This document shows, piece after piece, positions 56,845 through 64,000 of a stretch of DNA of 64,000 bases (position 1 is the stretch's first letter; every line of letters begins with the position of its first letter). The DNA is taken from contig CATNEN010000041.1 in assembly GCA_950097015.1 (NCBI GenBank), positions 1,488,001-1,552,000 on the forward strand. Reading direction: 5' to 3'. The notes beneath the pieces were generated by a model that worked only from the letters and a program-made list of their open reading frames with translations, did no database searches and was not told where the DNA came from. This stretch comes from Macrostomum hystrix (taxonomy: Eukaryota; Animalia; Platyhelminthes). Made by a program: the position numbers and the translations under genes.

Positions 56845-59800
56845 TGTCAAGCCGTGCTCAGGAGTATAAGGCAAGACTGCCCGTAGGCTTGGTTTGGGTT
56901 AGTAGCGAATTTAGTTTATTAGTCACGATGTTTCACGATACACTTGCATATATATATAAGTAGACGAGTCAACAAGGCTTAAAAGTCAACAGGTGTTGAG
57001 TACATCAATAATCAATATTCAGGCTGCGTACATTGGGTCAGAGTGCGGTTGGCGCGCAGGCCTGCAGATCTACCACAGTTCACTTGCTTAACACAGTTCA
57101 CGGTTCATTCACGGCTCAAACCCCGGCACGTCATCTCCCCCCTTCGAACCGCTCGGGCGGCACGCCCCGATTCGCACGGAGGTTGTAGCTCGGTCTCTGG
57201 GGAGTCGCGGCCGGTGACGGCACTCTGCCACTGGCCGCTGGCGGCGGATCTGCGGTCTCCCCTGGCGCGCTTGCCTGGGTCAAGGACGCAGGCATGTTTT
57301 CATGTCGCGCTTCAGGCAAGTCGGCGGGTCTCGGAGCAACTTCGTGGCTGACTGCGGCTGTCGCAACGTCTCCATTGCCGCCGGCTTCGTGCCGACGCAG
57401 TTGGTCTAGGTGGGCGAGCGTGACCCGGTCACCCTGTCGCATGATCAGCGCCGTGTTGGACCCTTTTTGCGCCAGGAACTCCGCCTTCTCCGGTGTGGCA
57501 CTCGGCGTTGGAGCGTACCAGACCTCAGAGCGGATCGCTGTCTTCATGGTGATGGGGTTTCGCAGCTGCCTTCCCATTAGTTGCGCCGGGCTGAACTCCC
57601 TTCCGGCGTGCGGTACACATCGGTAGTTCAGTAGGATCCGTGCCAGGAACGCGTCGTACGGCTCCTGCTGATCCCAGCCCGCCGAGGCCACCTTGATTGT
57701 CTGCACCATTCGCTCGGCCAGGCCGTTGGACTGGGGATGATATGGTGGGGTTTTCACAGCGCGGCAGCCGATTCTGTGCAGCCAGCTCATCAACCCCTCA
57801 TCATGGAACTCTGCAGCATTGTCACTCACCAGGGTTCTCGGCACTCCGTTGCGGGCGAAGACCTCCTGGAGGACCCGCCTGACGGTGGCGGCGCTCTTGT
57901 CGGGCACTCGGATAGCCTCCGGCCAGGCAGACATGGCGTCGACCAGGATCAGCAGGAGCCCGACCTTCGGAACGTGAGCGTGGTCCATGTGCACGCGCCC
58001 CCAAGGCTCAGACTCGGCGGGCCATTGGTGGACACTGCTGTGACTACTTTGACGTTGCTTGGCGCAGGTGTGGCAGGCACGGACGAATCCTTCGACGTCA
58101 CCGCAGTAACCTGGCCACCAGACGGAGTTGCGGACCAGCGCTCGAGTGCTCGTGGCGCCCGGATGCGCCCCGCTGTGCACCAATTCCAGGACGCGACTGC
58201 GTAGTGAAGCAGGAATGACCGGGCGATCGCCGTAGCACACCACCGAGCCGTCTAGAGTGAGCGCATGTCGAATTGCTTTGAATTGCCGTTCCGCAGGCGA
58301 GCAACCCGACCAACGGTTTCCAGCTATCCTTCGAGTGATGTCCGCTAGCAGTCTATCGCGCTTTGTCTCCTCTGCCAGCTCAGTCCAGCCGATGACGCTT
58401 TCACCGGCCCAATGCACCAGGTGTTGTTGGGGTGCCGCCTCATATGGATCGTCCGGGACGTCAGCGAAGTCAAGACGAGACAACGCATCGGCGTGCGGGA
58501 TGTCGACTCCGCGGGCGTACTCAATAGCGAAGTCAAATCCCATGAGGCGGATCGCCCAGCGCAGGATGCGGGCATTGGCGACTTTAGGGAGCTGCTGCCG
58601 TGCCCCGAACAGAAACTCGAGAGGGCGGTGGTCGGTTCGCAGAGTGAAGCGCTTGCCCAGTAGGAACTGACGGGACCTCTCCATTGACCACACAATCGCC
58701 AGCGCCTCCCGTTCGATGTTGGAGTAGCGTGTCTCTGCCTCCGTCAACCGCCTGCTGAAGTAGATGACGGGATGACCTTCTTGCGTGAGCACGGCGGCCA
58801 CCGCCTTCTCACTGGCGTCGGTCGTGAGCGTTGTTTCCTTTGTCCGGTCGTATGGCTGGATGATCGGGCTGGAGCTCAGGAGCTTCTTTAGCTGGTGGAA
58901 GGCCGCTTCCTGTGCAGTTGTCCAAGTGAACTCCACTCCCTTCTTGCGCAGCTGGTTCAGGGGCTCGACGATGTGCGCATAATTGTTGACGAACCTTCCG
59001 AAGAAATTGCAGAGGCCGAGGAAGGACTCCAACTGGCGACGGTCGCGTGGTGCAGAGATTTCTTTGATCTTGCTGACCAGTCCAGGGTCCGGAGAGATTC
59101 CTTCTGCACCGATTCTGTAGCCGAGGAACTTGACGCTCTTGGCGCCCAAGTTGGACTTGGCGAGATTTATGTTCATTCCGGCTGCCTGGAGGATCTTAAT
59201 TACTTCATCGACTTTGACTTTGAGATCTTCGCTGGAGCGACCTCCGAGCAGAATATCGTCTTGATAGATGACCTTGCCGTTCACCTCCTCAAGGGTAGTC
59301 TCCATGGCCTTTTGAAAGATGGCGGATGCTGACTTGAGGCCCGGCACGAGTCGGGTGTAGCGAAACAGACCGAGTGGGGTCGCAATCGTAGTGACTTCCC
59401 TGCTCTTCTCCTCGAGTTCAATCTGTAGATACGCGTCAGATAGGTCGAGGGTCGCGAAGTCAGTCATTCCGGCGACATCCGAGAAGATGGTCTCGACGGT
59501 TGGCATTGGATAGGTGTCTCCGCACACTTGATGATTGACCCCCGCCTTGTAATCGGCACAAATTCTGATGTTGCCGTTGGGTTTGAGGACGCAGACGATT
59601 GGTGACGCCCACTCGCTACCGCCTTCGGTCACTGGTTCAATTATTCCTTCAGCCTGGAGGCGCTTCAGCTCTTGGTTGACGCGGTCGCGCAGGTGCAGCG
59701 GCACCGCTCTGGCTGCGCAGTAGAATGGCTTGGCACCTTCGATCAGCTTGATTCTGGCTTGGAAACCCTTCAGGCAATTGAGGTGCTGTACTGCAGTGCC

Positions 59801-61271
59801 TTGGCCACCGACTGTCTGCCTCTCAGAGTTCCAATCCAGGTTGTCGAGGCCCAACAGCCCGTGTGACTTGTGTGCTGCAGTGACAACCAAGTCGACAGTG
59901 CGGAACTTGTCTTTATCATTCCACGTTGCTGTGAACTCGCCCAGGGTCTTGATTATTGATCCATCAAATTGCCTCAGGATTCGCTTGGACTTCCTCAGCG
60001 CTGGACGCCCGAGCATCTCCCAGTGGCCCCTGGGAATGAGGCTTACGTCGGCGCCTGTGTCCACTTGCATCTGCAGCTCTTTGCCGTTGATCTTGACGCG
60101 CCGGAAGATGCCTTTTCGCTCCTTGTTCTCCGGTCTGATGACGAAGACGTTGGCGGCATCTGGCTTCGGGGCGGCATCATCGTCCTCCTCCCAGGTCTCC
60201 AAGTGCACAGTGCGGGACCTGCAAACGGCTGCGTAGTGGTTTTTCTTGTTGCAGGTGGTGCACCTTTTGCCGAAGGCGGGGCATGAGCCCTGCTGGTGCG
60301 AACCGCCACAGTATTGGCACTTCGTCCTGGTTGTGTGCCTCGGCGATCTGGTGTCCGGAGGAAGCTGTGGAGGTGCGGCGCGCCGACCTGCATAGGCGAT
60401 GCTTGACTCGGTGGTGACGGTGGGCCCGGTGCCGGCGTTGTAGTAGCGAATCTGCTCCAACTGCTCAAGCTCTTGCAGCACATCGGTCAGCAGCATGTCG
60501 ATGCCCTGCATCCTCTCCAGCAGTCTGCGCTTGTGGTCCACGGAGGCAAGACCGTCCACGAGCCTCATGGTGATGAGTTCGTCCTCACAGGTCTGTTTCG
60601 AGCCTAGCTTCTCAAAACTGCACGAGGCAGCAGCTGCTCGGAGCCGGCGGTAGTACGATGCGACGCCTTCGCTCGGATCCTGCCTGAGGGAGAGGAATTT
60701 CACCCTCTCGGCAATGGTGAGGCGCCGCTTGGGCCGAATGGTTGCATCGATGATGTCGCGGATCTGTGCGAATGTTTTGGTCTCCAGGCTGTCTGGGGCA
60801 GCCATGAGGGTCAGGGTTCTCAGTGCCTTGAGGCCTGCCCTCGAGAGGAATAGATCAGTGATCTGGTGTTCCTCTTCCGAATCCTTCAGTTTCTTGGTCC
60901 GTGCAGCGGCCGCGAAACTGAGCAGCCAGGCTTCGGCTGTGTCTGGATCTTCCAGGTTTAGTTCAGATGCTTGCGACGCCATTGTCAAGCCGTGCTCAGG
61001 AGTATAAGGCAAGACTGCCCGTAGGCTTGGTTTGGGTTAGTAGCGAATTTAGTTTATTAGTCACGATGTTTCACGATACACTTGCATATATATATAAGTA
61101 GACGAGTCAACAAGGCTTAAAAGTCAACAGGTGTTGAGTACATCAATAATCAATATTCAGGCTGCGTACATTGGGTCAGAGTGCGGTTGGCGCGCAGGCC
61201 TGCAGATCTACCACAGTTCACTTGCTTAACACAGTTCACGGTTCATTCACGGCTCAAACCCCGGCACGTCA
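56845..61271 (-). mobile_element. Full-length Ty3/gypsy LTR retrotransposon (Mag-clade-like), 4427 bp
   Basis: 289-bp LTRs at 56845-57133 and 60983-61271 with no difference found by eye, TG..CA ends, 5-bp TSD TAACT (56840-56844, 61272-61276), PBS TGGCG.. next to the 5' LTR and PPT GAAGGGGGGAGA next to the 3' LTR. Confidence 0.97.
57131..60982 (-). CDS. Gag-Pol polyprotein (1283 aa): Gag with double CCHC, protease, RT, RNase H, integrase
   Basis: CQYCGGSH..CPAFGKRCTTCNKKNH; VDTGAD; ICADYK; DLSDAY; IYQDDILL; TTDAS; H..HPG..CHTC; MDH..SDNAAEF..NGLAERMV. Domain order PR-RT-RH-IN; no stops. Confidence 0.97.
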   Translation of the reverse strand: MASQASELNLEDPDTAEAWLLSFAAAARTKKLKDSEEEHQITDLFLSRAGLKALRTLTLMAAPDSLETKTFAQIRDIIDATIRPKRRLTIAERVKFLSLRQDPSEGVASYYRRLRAAAASCSFEKLGSKQTCEDELITMRLVDGLASVDHKRRLLERMQGIDMLLTDVLQELEQLEQIRYYNAGTGPTVTTESSIAYAGRRAAPPQLPPDTRSPRHTTRTKCQYCGGSHQQGSCPAFGKRCTTCNKKNHYAAVCRSRTVHLETWEEDDDAAPKPDAANVFVIRPENKERKGIFRRVKINGKELQMQVDTGADVSLIPRGHWEMLGRPALRKSKRILRQFDGSIIKTLGEFTATWNDKDKFRTVDLVVTAAHKSHGLLGLDNLDWNSERQTVGGQGTAVQHLNCLKGFQARIKLIEGAKPFYCAARAVPLHLRDRVNQELKRLQAEGIIEPVTEGGSEWASPIVCVLKPNGNIRICADYKAGVNHQVCGDTYPMPTVETIFSDVAGMTDFATLDLSDAYLQIELEEKSREVTTIATPLGLFRYTRLVPGLKSASAIFQKAMETTLEEVNGKVIYQDDILLGGRSSEDLKVKVDEVIKILQAAGMNINLAKSNLGAKSVKFLGYRIGAEGISPDPGLVSKIKEISAPRDRRQLESFLGLCNFFGRFVNNYAHIVEPLNQLRKKGVEFTWTTAQEAAFHQLKKLLSSSPIIQPYDRTKETTLTTDASEKAVAAVLTQEGHPVIYFSRRLTEAETRYSNIEREALAIVWSMERSRQFLLGKRFTLRTDHRPLEFLFGARQQLPKVANARILRWAIRLMGFDFAIEYARGVDIPHADALSRLDFADVPDDPYEAAPQQHLVHWAGESVIGWTELAEETKRDRLLADITRRIAGNRWSGCSPAERQFKAIRHALTLDGSVVCYGDRPVIPASLRSRVLELVHSGAHPGATSTRALVRNSVWWPGYCGDVEGFVRACHTCAKQRQSSHSSVHQWPAESEPWGRVHMDHAHVPKVGLLLILVDAMSAWPEAIRVPDKSAATVRRVLQEVFARNGVPRTLVSDNAAEFHDEGLMSWLHRIGCRAVKTPPYHPQSNGLAERMVQTIKVASAGWDQQEPYDAFLARILLNYRCVPHAGREFSPAQLMGRQLRNPITMKTAIRSEVWYAPTPSATPEKAEFLAQKGSNTALIMRQGDRVTLAHLDQLRRHEAGGNGDVATAAVSHEVAPRPADLPEARHENMPASLTQASAPGETADPPPAASGRVPSPAATPQRPSYNLRANRGVPPERFEGGR

Positions 61272-61616
61272 TAACTTTCAAGGCCGTTCGACGTCAGCAT
61301 CGTCGGGATATTCAGTGATTCTTATCGAAGACCCTGGTGACAAGGATAACTAACATTTCTCTGTATAAACCTATATTGCGAATCCATATCGGTTCAATAA
61401 GATAATAGTTAACAGTATAATCAAATACAATAACAGCCGACACGTCTACATCATGAGATTCTGCGAGAATCCTTGAATATCTCGACGATGCTGATGTTGT
61501 GTGATTCTGGAAGTTGTTTCATCGGATTGAGTGGAAAATTTTAGCCCGTTCTCAGGATCTTCATGGCGATTGGTTGTGTATTTTAGGAGATTCAGAAAAA
61601 AAGAAAAGAGGTTGAT

Positions 61617-62000
61617 TTTTAACAGTAGGACTACCAAGCCATTTTGCCGCCTGTCGATAGTCGGCTGGTGCCACCTGTTGAAGGTCCAGCAGCTCCGTCT
61701 GGATAAATGGCGGTGACCACTGAAGTCGGAGATGATGCAGGCACATTCTGGTGACGTGCTTATAAAGTTTGAAGGCCTGGCAAGGCCGCACTGAGGCGCA
61801 GTGCTAATTCGTGTATAGGGGTGTATGAAATATACTGGCGCTTATTGGAAAAATCTGACCTTCGGTCAGAACCGTTGAATATCTCAAAGGTCTAAAGGGC
61901 TAGCGACTTGGTTCTTGTTTCAGAAGATGCGCAACAAAAAGTTGGTCCTTGTTCTTGAGTTTCGTGTGCTTGCGTTGCTCCGTTCGGGCGCAGCAAACAA
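61617..62000. repeat. Second copy of the unclassified dispersed repeat (uninterrupted at the CMC insertion point)
   Basis: Reads CCACCTG-TTGAAGGTCCAGCAG continuously where the intronic copy carries the 8.4-kb element. Confidence 0.7.
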
Positions 62001-62125
62001 TGGTTCTACTGTTAATACCCCCGTGTCTTTATACCGTTAAGGGAGGCTTCGCTATACCTAGCGACAGCAGAAGAGATAAATATGAGCGCATCCGCTTGGA
62101 TACCAGAAGTGAAATCGGCTCAGCC

Positions 62126-62804
62126 ATGTCGGCCCTCCAGTTTCTTCTGCGCGTCTTCGCCATCCGCTGCAGCTGAGTTCGGGCCACTCGGCTGCTTCCT
62201 TGGCAACGAGGGTGGCTTGAGGAACCTCAACGGTCTGGTAGGCTGGACGAAGATCGGCCCGTACACGGTGGATACGCGTCCCACGGCTAGCTGTGTTCTG
62301 CTGAGAAACATGACAGCAGGACTGTGCGGCACCATCTGCTCTATTGGCAACTTTGCTTACTTTGGAGTGCAGTACTCACATGAGTGCTACTGCGGCAACA
62401 CCTGCTGCAGACAGGGAGCTGGCGATCCCAGGACCTGCAACATCGGCTGCAAAGGCAAATCTGCAGAGATCTGCGGAGGAGCCAACCGGAACTCCGTGTA
62501 CCGCCTTCTCTACCTGCGTCCAAGTGCTAAAAATACCATTTGAGACTGACTTACATTTTTAGTTGGCAATGAGTTCACCATCTCTGACCTTCTCTACTTG
62601 AACGTGACGTCATCGGCCGGGCCACTCTACCGCAGCCAGCTAGCCCTGTACGCCATTGATTGCATCAGCCGCTGCGACGCCGAATGCCAAGCCGTCCTGC
62701 TCAGCCGAGTTGTGTGCTACCTGCTGAAGTTCCCGGCTCTGCCGAACCAGCTTGCCAACATTGGCGGAGAATTTTTCGTCCGTCGCTTAGGGACTCGAGG
62801 ATAA
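62126..62804 (+). CDS. WSC-domain protein with a C-terminal PAN/apple-like module; probably secreted; apparent frameshift in the signal peptide
   Basis: LGCF..MTAGLCGTIC..YFGVQYSHECYCGN..CNIGCKG..EICGG..RNSVYR is a WSC domain. A short phase-1 intron ends at 62562 (CTGAC branch point). Exon 2 has DCISRCDAECQAVLL..CYLLK. The hydrophobic MSALQFLLRVFAI from ATG 62126 is out of frame with the WSC domain. Confidence 0.75.
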
Positions 62805-63202
62805 GACGCAAACTCTGGCCTACAAGGCCTAATATCGCTTTTTTGAACTTTTTAGAGTTTCCGGCGCTTAGCCCGGATGAAATCCTGAGTTGATGAGACA
62901 GTTCAGATGTGCTCGAATTCAGAATAAACTTTATATTATAGCAATTTCACCTGCAAGCTCGCAGCTTTTTTGACGACGCCCTAACGCACTACTTGTACAA
63001 CACTCCATTGTACCCTTTTGTCTATGGTTTCCGGCATTCATACTTGCGGTAACAATTTAATTGTTTGCCGGCTTTTTTCGATTGTTGCCCGATTTCAGAC
63101 GAATGTATTTGGCTATCAAAACAAGGAACAACAATAGCAACACGGCGAAAGTGTTTCATAGTCACAAAAGTTCGTAAGAACAAACCGATCAAATCACTTG
63201 TT

Positions 63203-64000
63203 TTACGTTCCGTAAAAGTTGAACGTGCAGTTGTGGAACTGACCATCACAGAGGCTTCTCGGCAGGTCCACTTGGCCGCCCTCGGGTGCTTTCATCAGCT
63301 CGCCTCTATCAGACCCAGTCGTCACACTTTCGATGGTGGACTCCGCATCGTCGTCAATCTTGGTGACTTTGGACCCATAGGCAGCCAGACAAGCGCTCAT
63401 TCGGGCCACACAGTCTATGTCTCGCCGCTTGTATGTACATCCACTGAGCTCGAATTCTTGTGTCCCGTCATTTGTGTAATCGCTTGATTATCGAAACCGG
63501 CCTTGGCCAAACAGTTCACCTAAGTTTCAGCAGTTGGATAAGACAGTATTCTTACAGTTTTACTGAAGTGAGTAGGCCATGCAATCTTTACTCACCGTGG
63601 TTACTCGTACACAATGGTTGATGTACTTCCGCTGCAGAGCCAGACACGCACTCAGATTCTTCATGAAATCTTTTCCGAGTCGTTGGCAGGCTGAGAAGCC
63701 AGACTTATTGAGCCTTGGGAACAACACTTCACATCCATTCGGTAGTTCAGAGACGTACATTTTAAAGGCTTCGACGGGACAAACAGCTTTGTCTTGCACG
63801 CTGAACATCCGAGCTAACTTGAGATCCTTGAATGCCTTCTCGTTCAACGACGCTTTAACATTTTTAGACAGCATGGCGACAGCGACGCGTACAAACTCCT
63901 TACCTCCTTCTGACACTATCTCAAAACATCCAGATTTTCTCGGCCTCGCAGTGCGAAATGGAGCAGGACGTTGAAAATGTTTTCGTCCTGCAGTTTACAA
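63203..64000 (-). pseudogene. Crypton-type tyrosine recombinase (decayed; runs off the window edge)
   Basis: LQDENIFNVLLHFALRGRENL (R); LSKN (K); CPVEAFKMY; YINHCVRVTT (HxxR); GT-AG intron 63595-63520; MTGHKNSSSVD (H); Y in the next frame; terminal FHNCTFNF. Two frameshifts. Confidence 0.8.

Overview
Eukaryotic (metazoan) genomic DNA with GT-AG introns, GC-rich exons and introns filled with minisatellites. The style suggests a free-living flatworm such as Macrostomum, but that is inference only. Host genes on the + strand: an orphan acidic ORF, the 3' portion of an HFM1/MER3 meiotic helicase (about 2447-10864), a 10-exon SH3-C2-DHR2 DOCK GEF (16095-38727), an intronless TCF25/Rqc1 (41937-43934) and a WSC + PAN/apple-like protein (about 62126-62804). 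On the - strand is a 4-exon gene encoding three tandem kinase domains, all lacking catalytic motifs (45241-48991). Mobile DNA: an 8.4-kb CMC/EnSpm-like TIR element with a BEN-domain gene and a core-deleted transposase inside a 10-kb DOCK intron; an apparently intact 4427-bp Mag-type Ty3/gypsy with identical LTRs; an internally deleted mariner whose terminus has been amplified into a 44-copy, 77-bp satellite; tRNA-derived SINEs; a decayed non-LTR fragment; and a decayed intron-containing Crypton tyrosine recombinase at the right edge. The most notable items are the triple pseudokinase, the mariner-TIR satellite and the BEN-carrying transposon. All exon models were read by eye from splice consensus, frame and protein-family resemblance; no searches were run.
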